Assembly (NCBI GenBank): GCA_951406725.2
Contig: OX597823.1
Coordinates: 8,246,001 to 8,310,000 of the forward strand
DNA length: 64,000 bases
Source: Octopus vulgaris
Lineage: Eukaryota
Direction: 5' to 3'
Position 1 is the first letter of the stretch; each line of letters starts with the position of its first letter. The notes beneath the pieces are model-generated. The model was not told where the DNA came from, did not search any database, and saw only the letters and a list, made by a program, of their open reading frames with translations. Of this stretch, positions 1 through 13,669 are shown in pieces. Both the position numbers and the translations under genes were made by a program.

Positions 1-173
1 TTCGCGCCCGATATCACAAAATGCGTCTGAATAAACATTGCCGGACAGCAAATAGAGACTCGGACATTGCTTAGAAAATATTTTTCATTTTTAACCTCTT
101 ATATAGTACGCACTAGGGATTTTGACCTTTAAATTTGGGGAAAAATATACGGATTATACTCGAGGATTTACGG
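1..173. mobile_element. Right end of a Tc2/pogo-type (Tc1/mariner superfamily) non-autonomous DNA transposon
   Basis: Ends ...ggattatactcgaggatttacgg|TA; reverse complement TA|CCGTAAATCCTCGAGTATAATCCG resembles Tc2-like TIRs. Left end is outside the window. Confidence 0.5.
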
Positions 174-289
174 TATGTACGCCGCTCTACAAATATTGTG
201 TGAATGTTTCTCACCTTATTGAATTAACTGAACGTTATAAATATTGAACGGAAAAGGTAAAGAAGAAAATGTACCTTTAAGCGAGCAAG

Positions 290-545
290 GGTGTAGTTCT
301 GGGTTTGAAAATGCTTCGAAAAAAGCTCGCTTCACCTCTTACAAGAATCCGACCCCACGCCCAAGAGACAAAGAAATAAAACAAAAACTAAACGATTTAA
401 TCTTTCAATAGGAACTGGAACATTTACTGCAATCATTTCTGCTTTTCGATGATTTCGATATGTGGTCTTCGCAATCGGGAATCCCTTATTTTAAGGTCAT
501 ACATTAATCATAGAAATAATTGTCACGTTTGGGGATCAAACCGGC
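290..545 (+). pseudogene. Highly degraded Tc1/maT-like transposase fragment
   Basis: Frameshifted remnants RKKxxFxSYK and HRNNCHVWGS (510-539) resemble the NxxNCRIWGS motif after the first catalytic Asp. Confidence 0.35.
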
Positions 546-1583
546 TAATTTCCATAATAACTCCTTTTCTGTTATAAAAGACATAGGTGATACAATGTTA
601 ATTTTGATTGGTTTAATATTTTCAGCTGCAGCAAACACCAATAGAATGAAAACAAGGTATTTATAACGTGTGTGACATTAGCGAGGACAGTATATATTTT
701 TATGAGTTTTCCATTTTCAAGGGACACGAATATTTTGATTGTTTTGTGCTGCAATCGTTGGCAAAGCTCATTCGGATATGTGCACTTAACGTCTTTCTCT
801 AGAACTTAAATATATTTGTTTTATATCTTTGTTGGTAGGCTATTTATGTAATATAGTATTTCTATTCAGGGCAGAAGCAGTTTCCGAACGTATGATTCAC
901 GTCATCCATCTATTTTCTCCTCACACACTTCCACCATTTTATGACATGCGTGTTATCATTATTGTTATGACAAATAAAATTTTTGCCAGTGTTAGAAATA
1001 ATGATCATGTTCATCATCATGATCATCATGATTATCACTACCACCACAGTCACTAATATCGATGCAAAATCCACCTCCACCGCTGCCGCCACTAGTAGCA
1101 GCACCACGACCACAACCACCACCACCAACGTCATCATCATCATCATCATCGCCACCGTCATCGTCGTCGTCGTCGTCACAATGTTTACTTTTGGGCATTG
1201 TATTTTATATTATCTTTAAAATACATAACATATAGCATATAGGGGTAGGAGTGGCTGTGTGGTAAGTAGCTTGCTTACCAAACAGACGTGCTGTTTTTTG
1301 CTCCGGCAAATGTCACGTGTTAACGTGAATTATTGAACATTTTACGGCAACAGGTAGGACATTTTGGATATTTTTGGAAGCATAGTGAGGTTTGTTGCAT
1401 GCCGTTAATACTTTTTTGGCATTAATGTTAATTAGTGTTAACACTTTTCTGCGCGTAACAAGCTTCACTTTGCTTCGGAGGTATTTGTTCTGCCTGTTGG
1501 CATATTTATTGTCTCGCCTTTTAGTGAGAATTGTGTGTTTTGAGAGGCATAGCCCCTCCTCAAAAATTAATTTTTTCGCTTGT

Positions 1584-1667
1584 ATTTACCACGGAGAACC
1601 AATTGTGCTTGGATTTACCACGGAGAACCATTTGTGCTTGGATTTACCACGGAGAACCAAGTGTGCT
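1584..1667 (+). repeat. 29-bp tandem repeat x2.9 in the element's 5' UTR
   Basis: atttaccacggagaaccaattgtgcttgg units start at 1584, 1613 and 1642. Confidence 0.9.
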
Positions 1668-1806
1668 GCAACTGGAGTACCCTGTTTCGTGAGGATTACC
1701 AGTTGCAGAACTGTGTTGCCATTATTTGAACTGTCTTCCTTCGTCCTTTTCTCTGCTCTGTCTTTCTGTTCTGTCATTGTGTTTTTCTTATTATTGGACT
1801 TTTGTT

Positions 1807-2730
1807 ATGGCAAAAAAGGAGTTAACCATATGGGAGTTAACACCTCCGAAGGGTTACCTGAAGGAGCTGGAGGACAAAACCGTGGTGTTGAGGACTTATT
1901 CAAAGTCACTCAACACCATAATGGTTTTTCCGAAAGCCACTATTATGAACGAGCTGGCAGACTATATGCCAGCCGTTAAATACATTCAACGGAGAGCCAA
2001 ATACGCAACGATTTGGTTGCTGTTTGACTCCCCTAAAGCAGCTTGCAATTTCGCAAGCAAGCCCATTGAGGGCGAAGAGATTTTGTTTCTCCCAAGCTAC
2101 AAGGGAGAAAAATTAATAAGATTATGGGTCTGCGGCCTGCCACCCGGCTTTGAGCCCGAGTGGGTGGAAGATTCTATCCGCCGGGGTCTGAGTGGTGGTA
2201 GCGCCAAGATCCTGAACGTAAGAATGCAGCCTGCGGCTGATTGGGAGGGGTCAAAGGCTACTTTGACTCTATGGACCCAGTCAGCCAAGAGTCTGGTTTT
2301 GCCGGACTTTTTGAGGATGGCCGGGTCCAAGTATCCGGTGATGCTTGAGGGACGCCCCCCCAAGTGTCACCTGTGTTTGGAGACCGGCCACATTAAGAAG
2401 AACTGCCCCAGGGACCAGAGTAGGATCCTGGAGCAGTTGATATCAGAGCCTCTCCCTGCCCCACCAGTGGAGGGAGAGAAGCAGAGCGAGGAAGCGGTGA
2501 CTTCCTCGACGAGAAAGCGAAAAGTGGGAGACAATGGTGACCCGCTGAAGGACCCGGAGGCTACGGGAGAGAGAGTGGACCCGGCGTGTGCAACGCCGGA
2601 GCCTCAGCCTCCCGTGGCCCAGGGTAAAAAGAAAAAAAGAAAGAAAAGAAACGGGACGCCGCCAGCGGATTGTAACACGCAGACGGCGTCTCCCATGTGT
2701 CCTCCGGCGGTTGTGGGGCCGGAGAAATAA
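1807..2730 (+). CDS. ORF1/gag-like nucleic-acid-binding protein (307 aa; RRM-like N-half, CCHC zinc knuckle, basic NLS-like tail); frame stays open after one TAA to 2997
   Basis: ATG at 1807. GRPPK-CHLCLETGHIKKNC (C-X2-C-X4-H-X4-C, 2365-2406); RKRK and KKKKRKKR; GC-rich relative to flanks; 2731-2997 is an in-frame open continuation. Confidence 0.75.
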   Translation: MAKKELTIWELTPPKGYLKELEDKTVVLRTYSKSLNTIMVFPKATIMNELADYMPAVKYIQRRAKYATIWLLFDSPKAACNFASKPIEGEEILFLPSYKGEKLIRLWVCGLPPGFEPEWVEDSIRRGLSGGSAKILNVRMQPAADWEGSKATLTLWTQSAKSLVLPDFLRMAGSKYPVMLEGRPPKCHLCLETGHIKKNCPRDQSRILEQLISEPLPAPPVEGEKQSEEAVTSSTRKRKVGDNGDPLKDPEATGERVDPACATPEPQPPVAQGKKKKRKKRNGTPPADCNTQTASPMCPPAVVGPEK

Positions 2731-3439
2731 TATGTAGTCCTCTTCCACAAAGTAGGTACACTAGAGAATGAAATAGGTAAGATGAGGAAGAGAAACCAAT
2801 GGGAGGGACTTCGGTCCTGCATGGAGTATCCCCAGTGGCCTTCGCAGCTGGCTGCAGAGGTCCTACTCGAAAATGATGTGTGCAGGATCGAGAATTCTTT
2901 CCCGGAGGATCTCTTGCAAGTTATACCTATATGCGGGGGCCTGACGAAGAACGATTGCGTCATTAAAGCAAGAGCGTTCATCGGTCAGGTAACGTGAACC
3001 TGTATTTGGGTTATATTGCGATAGAGGTTTATTGCCTCTGGAAAAACTTTTGAAATTGTAAATTGTAAAATTTGGAATTCTTTTTGAAATTTTTGAATTT
3101 TTGTAAAATTTTGGAAATTTTGTAAAATTATTGGAAAAAAAAGAACATTGTTTTAGAGAAGCAAGAGTCGGCGGGCGCTTTTTGACTTCTCCCATCACCA
3201 TCTTCATCCACCACCACCATCATCCATTAATGTCTTTGTCCAGCCCGTAGCTACTCTGTGTGCTGCCCTAGTGGCAACATTGTTGAAATAAAGTAGCTTG
3301 CTTATGAACCACATGGTTCCGGGTTCAGTCCCACTGCGTGGCACGTTGAGCAAGTATCTTCTACTATAGCCTCGGACCGACCAAAGCCTTGTGAGTGGAT
3401 TTGGTAGACGGAAACTGAAAGAAGCCAGTCGTATATATG

Positions 3440-3478
<39 letters not shown>

Positions 3479-4271
3479 GTGTGTATGTTTGTGTGTCTGT
3501 GTTTGTGCCCCCAACATCGCTTGACAACCGATGCTAGTGTGTTTACGTCCTCGTAACTTAGCGGTTCGGCAAAAGAGACCGATAGAATACGTACTAGGCT
3601 TGCAAAGAATAAGTCGTGGGATCGATTTGCTCGACTAAAGGAGGTGCTCCAGCATGGCCACAGTCAAATGACTGAAACAAGTAAAAGAGTAAAAGAATAT
3701 TACGTGTGTAGTAACTAACAGCATTACATTCTGTCTATAGTGTGTAAGCCCCAGAGTTTTGCTTATGTATTTGCCTGATATCAATAATTCCCAATTCACC
3801 AATTATTGCTGAGACTAGATCGCACCTGTTGCTGCAATGCCGGAAGAAAATAGCTTCATAAATTGTTCAATGTGAAAGTGTTTCTTAAGGTCTGCGTTGC
3901 GTTGTCAATATGTTGAAAGATATATAGAAACACACACACGCGCGCGCGCACACACACACACACACAAACAACCAAAAACTAACTATAAGCATTATATATA
4001 TATTTTCGTATAGTCTTTTTCAAGTCTGTGTTGCGTTGGGTTGACAAACTTGAATTTGAAATTCCCACGTTTTTAATTAAAAGTTGTTTGTTACTAAGGT
4101 CACAACCCTACCTATTTATCTATCTTTCGCGCATACACACATACGCACACTCTCTCTTTTTCTCGCACTGTATTTCTCTTTTAACAATAATTTTTTCTTC
4201 TTCCCTTCTTCCCCCTCTCTACACAAATGTTGTTACAGACAGACAGACGGAGATCAGCTATTTTATAATAT

Positions 4272-4655
4272 GTGGAAGCACTCCGTCGGTTACGACGACG
4301 AGGGTTCCGGTTGATCCGATCAACGGAGCAGCCTGCTCGTGAAATTAACGTGTAAGTGGCTGAGCACTCCACAAACACGTGTACCCTCAACGTAGTTCTC
4401 GGGGATATTCAGCGTGACACAGAGAGTGACAAGGCCGGCCCTTTGAAATACAGGTACAACAGAAACAGGAAGTAAGAGTGAGAGAAAATTGTGGCGAAAG
4501 AGTACAGCAGGGATCACCACCATCCCCTGCAAGAGCCTCGTGGAGCTTTAGGTGTTTTCGCTCAATAAACACTCACAGCACCCGGTCTGGGAATCGAAAC
4601 CGCGATCCTACGACCGCGAGTCCGCTGCCCTAACCACTGGGCCATTGCGCCTCCA
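4272..4655 (-). mobile_element. tRNA-derived SINE family B (OR-like), full length
   Basis: Minus-strand head ggaggcgcaatggcccagtggttagggcagcggactcgcggtcgtaggatcgcggtttcgattccc (A and B boxes); near-identical to 23553-23936; flanked by a 55-59-bp duplication. Confidence 0.9.
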
Positions 4656-4950
4656 CCCTCTCTACTCAAATGTTGTTACAGACAGACGGAGATCAGCTAC
4701 TTTATAATATAAGACTGTATGATATATTACGACTGGAGTATTGGAAATAAAGATAAATGTAATCCTCATGTTCAGGTTATCTTTGTTTTCAGATCTTTAA
4801 TCAGCATCATTTTACCAATTCTGTAGAGATACATTACCGTCTGTCCCGATATTTGAATTTGAATGCATTTCATTTCATCGTGGTTCTTGGCAACAGTATC
4901 TCACCTGATGGCCTGGATTTGAATGTTTGAATTGGCATATATCAGAATAT

Positions 4951-5240
4951 GTGGAGGCGCAATGGCCCAGTGGTTAAGGCAGCGGACTCGCGGTTGGAGG
5001 ATCACGGTTTCGATTCCCAGACCGGGTGTTGTGTGTGTTTATTGAGCGAAAACGCCTAAAGATCAACGATGCTCTGGCAGGGGGTGGTGGCGACCCCTGT
5101 TGTACTCTTTTGCCCCAACTTTCTCTCACTTTTTCTTCCTGTTTCTTGAGTAACGCTGCTATGGTAATTATAAGCCATAGAAACCGGGAAACCGGGCCCA
5201 TGAGCCTGGCTAGGCTTGAAAAGGGCGCATAAATAAATAA
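4951..5240 (+). mobile_element. Family-B-head SINE with an alternative 3' tail
   Basis: Same tRNA head and body as 4272-4655, tail gaaaccgggcccatgagcctggctaggcttgaaaagggcgc(ataa)n; TSD atatcagaatat (4938-4950 / 5241-5252). Confidence 0.88.
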
Positions 5241-5305
5241 ATATCAGAATATGATCGCTCATTTAATTTCTGATATATATGTGTGCATATGTATTTATGT
5301 ATATA

Positions 5306-5965
5306 CGAGACGCTACCGAAAGAAACCGGTATTTCGCAATTTTATTCCCTTATTTTTACATGTTTACACTTTTATCGTCTTCAAAGTATTCTCCATTTTA
5401 AGCAATGCATCGGTCCAGGCGCTTTTTCCACAGTTCGAAGCAGTGCTGGAATTCTTGCAAAGTGATGCGTTTTAACGTCTCTGATGTGTTTTTCTTCATC
5501 TCTTCGATATCTGCAAATTTTGTAGCACCAGCTTCCATCACCAGTGATTACCTTCGAAAAAGGTTCAGATCAACTTCCAACTGTTCTTTCAGTTCACGAC
5601 ACACATTCAATCGTGGCTGCTTTTCACCTTCCGTGAGCAAGCGAAGCACATATCTTGCTGCAACTCTTTTCATTCGCAGTTCCTCACTCAAAATTCGTTG
5701 GTCGGAGCTCCAGGACACACCTGTCAAATCAACAAGTTCCTCAATTGTTTGGTGATGGTCCTCCAAGATCAGTTCGTGAATTTTCATAATGTTTGCATTC
5801 GTTCGGGATGTAGATGGATGCCCTGAACAAGGTTGGTCTTCAAACGGCAAGTGACCATTCCTAAAGCGTGAAAACCGCTCGTAAACTTGTGTTTAAAACA
5901 CATGACAGCATCCTTGTGAGCTGTTTGAAGCATGACAACTGTTTTGGTCGCCATTTTCCCCAGTA
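5306..5965 (-). mobile_element. Internally deleted mariner transposon relic
   Basis: Minus ORF FEDQPCSGHPSTSRT...ILSEELRMKRVAARYVLRLLT, then VITGDGSWCY fused directly to the C-terminal KFADIEEM...CFELWKKRLDRCIA*NGEYFE; TA|CGAG terminus at 5304-5309. Confidence 0.85.
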
Positions 5966-6082
5966 GAAAAATTTTTTTAAATTTATAAACATAAATTAAA
6001 AATTTTAAATTTAAATAATTTAATTTTAAATTTTATATGATTTTAAATTTTAAATAAACAAAACATACATATATGTATATAT

Positions 6083-6413
<331 letters not shown>

Positions 6414-7031
6414 AATATATATGTATCCTCTTGCTTAAAGTTGGCCAGTAACAGAATAATGTGATTAATTGTTTATTCCCGATTTGAACATTACTGTTTT
6501 CTGCTTCCTAATATACTCTTCGTTGTTTCAGGTGAGAAGGTTTTGAATCTTTATTGTAATGAAAATGCCTTCAGTGTCAACTTATTATTCCACGCTTTCA
6601 TCCTGAGCTGAGATTTTGTAAATAATGATAGTAAAAAAACCCCAAAAAAAACAAAAGAAAAAAAAAAAGAAAAACAATTTCCTGTTCAGTCATCTCAAGT
6701 ATTGTTCACGTAGGGGATTTTCTGAGTATTGTTTTCGCAGAATATTCTGGAGCTCCATAGTCACATCCGTTTTTGTTTTTGGACAGTTTCTGTTGCCATT
6801 CCTTCTTTATCTGTCTGTTACTTCAGCCTCTCTTTTATATCTGTTGTCTTCCTTCAAGACGGGAAACAATTTTTTTATATTTTGTTGATGTTTTTTGTTT
6901 TACTACTTGTATTAGTTTTTTTCATTATTGTTCAGTAGATATTTTCGAAGTCTTACAGTAGATACTTCATTATGGTATCTATACCAACATGGATATATAT
7001 ATATGTATATATACATATATGCACACATGCC

Positions 7032-7064
<33 letters not shown>

Positions 7065-7109
7065 ATTCCACCTGTGTGTCTGGTATATATATATATATAT
7101 ATACATACA

Positions 7110-7152
<43 letters not shown>

Positions 7153-7318
7153 TTCTGTGTGAGTTAGAAGTTGAGAAACTAACTAAGGGATAGTACCTAT
7201 CCAATACATTGCTGGTAGTGTACCCAGTTATTAATACCTAAGTGTTTGTTATTGCGTGGCAATCTCGCAATTGAATATTATATGCGAGCGGAGGTAAAAA
7301 GTGGTTTAACCTTGATTT

Positions 7319-9003
<1,685 letters not shown>

Positions 9004-9345
9004 GTATATATGTATATATGTATGTATGTACACACACATATATATATATATATATACATACACACACATTCACAGATGTGTATATAAAGCTGTGTGTTTG
9101 CGTGTCCATGTGAGTATGTGAGTATCTATAAATGTTTTTTGGTATACGTGAATGTGTACACGTGAGCTTGCAATCATGTACATACTGTGAGGAAAAACGC
9201 AGAAAATACGAGGATAGTGCGATAGGGAGAAATAAATTGATTGGGATACAAAAATACAGTGAGTCTGATTACTGATGTGTATCATTATAAATATTTGTAA
9301 AAAAAATCTCCATTAAGCGAAAGTAATGGACACAAAAACAGTATT

Positions 9346-9406
<61 letters not shown>

Positions 9407-10519
9407 AGCATGTGTGTGTGTGTTTCCAGATAACATTTTTATAACAAATGGGTTCACTAGCTCCTTGTTCACTGGGAACTCTGGTAAATTGATGGATGAG
9501 TGGAGCCAGTTTATTTTATATTTTAATAGTTCAAACAATTACCCGTTTTCCCCTTCATACCTATTTCCCTTTATTTCCCCCACCCTCTCAGCTATCCGAC
9601 CTGCGCTATCCCCTTCTTTCATTTCATTTCGATTTCTGTTCTAGATGTTTAATTTCGACTTGTTTCGGTTTGACTAAAGGCCAAATATTACCGAGCAGGA
9701 AATACACTCGATTGAACTGCTCCTAATATATCAACGATACTTTTCGAACCCCGAAAAAATGTAATAAAATTTTTCTAAAACTGCAGGTTTTGATCGCAGA
9801 ACAGTAAAGCAACACCTAATTACTATAAACTAACAAGTGTGGCTTAGTATCTGTTATTCCAGCTCTCACTACCGTCCATTCAAGATTCATGTATAAGCTC
9901 CATATTACTGGGTTTATGATATATTATATTATTGCCCAATCTTATACAGTATTTCAGTACCGCATACCATTCAGTAAAGCTTTATGATTAATTATTTTCT
10001 GTTTATTTCTTTTTGATGTGATTGATTTAATGCTGTCGTTTTCTCGTGGAGAACATTATTGATTCTTGATCATCTCAATTGAAATGCACACACAAGCTCA
10101 TCCGCCCACCCACACACAATCACATATACATACACACACATATATATATATATACATATATATATACATACATACATGTATATTATATATAAATATATAC
10201 ACATATGTGTATATATATGTATATATATGTACATATATGTGTGTATGCGTGTGTATTTATACATGTGTATTTAATTGCGTGTATGTAAATATATATATAT
10301 ATAAGTTTAAATACATGTATACATCCGGATATAAACATATATATGCATACATACATACATACATCGGGACACCCCCACAGATATATATATTCGTGTGTGT
10401 GTTTGTCCCGATATATGTATGTGTGCATATGTATGCTTATATCTGTATATATAGATATATTTACACATACATATATCTATTCACATACACACAATTGGAT
10501 ACACATGTGTACATATATA

Positions 10520-10570
<51 letters not shown>

Positions 10571-11342
10571 ATACATTTATACACACACACATATATACAT
10601 ACAGATACGCATATATAATATCAATATGTAAGAGTCCATATGTGTGTGTGTGTATGTCTTTCATTGTATACATGTAGGTGTGTGTAGGTGTATATATATT
10701 TGCATGTGGGGATATATTTGCGTATTGAGACGCATGTTCTATAGCTATATTCTATGGCTGTGAGCATAGAATGTGTGTGCATATACCCATGCACACATAC
10801 ACACACATACACAAACATATATACAACTGAATGAGAATATGAGAGTGTGCCTTAGCATGTACATGTGTGAGTGAGCATATGTGTGTGACAGTGTGTCTGT
10901 GTGTATGTGTGAGTCTGTGTATATGTTTGAATGTGTGTATATATAAAAAATGGAGCGGAGTGTGAAGTGGTAACTAAGTTGAAGAGAGAAGGAGTAAATA
11001 AGAACAGAGAGGAAAGGAAAGAATGAAAGGAAAAGAGAAATAGAGAAAAAGAAAGATAAAGTTAAAGAAAGAGATAATAGAAGGACAATTTGATAGAGAA
11101 GCGACGCATTTAGTAGATAGATAATTCACTGTATCACGCTACCAAATGGGGAAAAAGTATACAAAATTTCGCATTACTAATAAAGGAATGAAGGAAACTA
11201 TGTCGTCGTGTTTCTCTGTTAGTGAAGTGTTTATGGTATGTCATAGCTGTATTTTCATTTTAAGCTAATTATACATTTAACAAATTTAATTATGAAAGAA
11301 CAATAGAATATTGCTGATTCATTTACTGACGGTCCAATCCAC

Positions 11343-11420
<78 letters not shown>

Positions 11421-11899
11421 ATTCCTTCTTTTTCTCTTTTCCATTTAGAGTTAATTTGACCAGCTCCATGCTTGGTAGCAAAGCTTTGAAGAAAGGCTTT
11501 GAAGGAAAACATTTTGTTTTGTCCATCAACTTTTAATTCTTAAGAAGGTCCTGCAGACTTGTATAGTCCCAAATAACGTTATTATTTGTAGTATATGAAT
11601 TAAGGAGTAGCGTTCTCTCCCTTAGAATCCACTTTCAGCCATATTTTGCTCGAGGCGGATTGCTACGTATCCTGTTAATCCTATAATAATTAGAAGCAGT
11701 ATTAAATTAAAATAGATATCTATGTATCACACTTAATGTAAGCGGGTCACCTAAAGGCAAATTCATTGTTGTATTCGTTCGGATATAACACCTCTTATGG
11801 ATGAGCTCTCTATATAAATTGAAAGGAGACGAAAATCATTCCAGCAGGAGCTAGTAAGAATGCCAAACCCATTTCGGCTCATTGAAGACGTTTTGAAGT

Positions 11900-12330
11900 C
11901 GTGAACTGAATGCCAATCACATCCTTAGACGAGATTTGTCGTCTCCTATATATGGAAGAACAGTGAGAAACATTCACTGGCATAGTAAATAGATGCCCAG
12001 CTCAATAAAAATTCGTTTTATGGCTTAGAAGTAGTATATCATAGTTAACGTAAATACACTATTGAAAAGCGGAAATGTATCTGGCGATCTCTATTCCTGA
12101 TGAAACGCTCTAGACGCTCTATATGTTAACACGGCAGGTCCTTCTCCCTAAATACGTTGGATAGGAACCTTTGGAGTACTTCAGCACAATGGCTTCATTC
12201 TTGAGGACCTTCACATTCTTGCTCTGATCACATGATATCTCTCTGGCTCTATTTCTCTCGGGGTGCTTTCCAACTCACGGGCATGTGCTGCAACTTCTCG
12301 GTGTCGGGACGAGATACAACGTTATACCAC
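11900..12330 (+). pseudogene. Very old CR1-like LINE 3' ORF relic (tentative)
   Basis: Faint frameshifted motifs resembling LYSLxRRR and LDxFLSGVPD; elevated GC. Confidence 0.25.
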
Positions 12331-12478
12331 CTTTTTTCTTGTAGTTGCTGCCAAAATCTCGGTTGGGATAGCAACTTGAGCACTTCTTCCATTCAAATCC
12401 ACATGCTATTTGGCTTGTGCCAGGTATGCCTTCTTGTCAGTTAGAGAGGGCATTAAGTCGAAGTCAAGTAGGGATCCT

Positions 12479-12880
12479 TACTCTTTACTCTTTACTCTTT
12501 TACTTGTTTCAGTCATTTGACTGCGGCCATGCTGGAGCACCGCCTTTTAGTCGAGCAAATCGACCCCGGGACTTATTCTTTGTAAGCCCAGTACTTATCC
12601 TATCGGTCTCTTTTGCCGAACCGCTAAGTGACGGGGACGTAAACACACCAGCATCGGTTGTCAAGCAATGCTAGGGGGACAAACACATACACACATATAT
12701 ATATATATACATATATACGACAGGCTTCTTTCAGTTTCCGTCTACCAAATCTACTCACAAGGCATTGGTCAGCCCGGGGCTATAGCAGAAGACACTTGCC
12801 CAAGATGCCACGCAGTGGGACTGAACCCGGAACCATGTGGTTGGTTAGCAAGCTACTTACCACACAGCCACTCCTACGCC
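12479..12880 (-). mobile_element. SINE family A, full length
   Basis: Near-identical to 7888-8300 and 33793-34199. Confidence 0.92.
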
Positions 12881-13049
12881 CTTAGTTAAAATTTCAACAA
12901 AAGTATTTCAACATTAAACTAATTATCTCAACAAAATATAACAAACTTTCGGGACCAATGCGATTCACATCCAAACAACACGACAATAAAGAATGATAAC
13001 AATTATAATTAATAAAGATAATTGTTTCTAATATAGGCATAAGACCTGA

Positions 13050-13238
13050 AATTTATGGGGGAGAAGACGAGTCGATTACATCGATCTCGGTGCTCAACTG
13101 GTACTTATTTCAGCGATGTCAAAGGGATGAAAGGCAAAGCAGACACCGGTGGAATTTATACTCAGAACATTAAGACGGGCGAATTGCTGCTAAACTTCTT
13201 GTCCAGCGTGTTAACGATTCTACGAGTTCGCTGCCTTC
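13050..13238 (-). mobile_element. Old degraded Meta/MESC-type SINE (similar relics at ~14350-14470, 44480-44660, 48310-48530, 58850-58955)
   Basis: gtcgattacatcga...ctggtacttattt...gatgaaaggcaaag...ggaattt match the family C core. Confidence 0.6.
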
Positions 13239-13244
13239 ATAATA

Positions 13245-13266
13245 CTAATAATGATGATGATGATGA

Positions 13267-13298
<32 letters not shown>

Positions 13299-13337
13299 AT
13301 AATAATGATAATAATAATAATGATAATAATAATAATG

Positions 13338-13374
<37 letters not shown>

Positions 13375-13400
13375 TAATAATAAAAATAATAATAATAATG

Positions 13401-13440
<40 letters not shown>

Positions 13441-13460
13441 TAATAATAATAATAATAATG

Positions 13461-13521
<61 letters not shown>

Positions 13522-13560
13522 TAATAATAATAATGATAATAATAACAACTAATAATAACA
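13245..13560. repeat. Compound (GAT)(AGT)(AAT)n microsatellite
   Basis: Trinucleotide runs; source of spurious poly-N/I/L ORFs. Confidence 0.95.
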
Positions 13561-13669
13561 AATACATAGACCAGGGCTGTGGCAAGTTACACAAGCACGT
13601 ATAAGAAATAAAAACAAAAACAGTTGATTAGAAAATCCCTATTATAAAATATCCCTAATAGAGAGAGAA

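Larger units (their letters stand above)
1282..3290 (+). mobile_element. ORF1-only (HAL1-like / Tx1-ORF1-like) non-autonomous non-LTR retroelement
   Basis: Flanked by TSD aagtagcttgctta (1264-1277 / 3291-3304). About 525-nt 5' UTR with tandem repeats, one gag-like ORF, about 290-nt 3' UTR ending gaaata; no RT or endonuclease motifs. Confidence 0.75.
1242..3696 (+). mobile_element. tRNA-derived SINE family A (octopus-type), split by a 2-kb insertion (1242-1281 + 3291-3696)
   Basis: Head ggggtaggagtggctgtgtggtaagtagcttgcttacc resumes as aaccacatggttccgggttcagtccc (B box), internal (CA)n, tail gactgaaacaagtaaaagagtaaaag. Matches intact copies at 7888, 12479, 33793 and 44828. Confidence 0.9.

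Noticed and set aside
829-1219. Overlapping His/Thr/Asp-rich ORFs
   Set aside because: Stop-free trinucleotide low-complexity sequence, open on both strands.
1584-1667. CRISPR-like 29-bp repeats
   Set aside because: Contiguous tandem units with no spacers, no cas genes, eukaryotic context.
1392-1979. 195-aa ORF upstream of and overlapping ORF1
   Set aside because: Non-ATG start, runs through T-rich UTR and tandem repeats, no motifs.
4585-4655. Apparent tRNA genes (also 4951, 23865, 27406, 29030, 41690)
   Set aside because: tRNA-like heads continue into SINE bodies and tails; no proper acceptor stem or terminator.
5966-6065. Almost pure A/T stretch truncating the mariner (similar at 21432-21640)
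   Set aside because: Aperiodic A/T next to (TA)n suggests low-quality consensus or an assembly join; needs read support.
10066-10940. YI/HT/CV-rich ORFs (also 19804-21337, 26407-28009)
   Set aside because: Translations of degenerate TA/CA/TG microsatellites.
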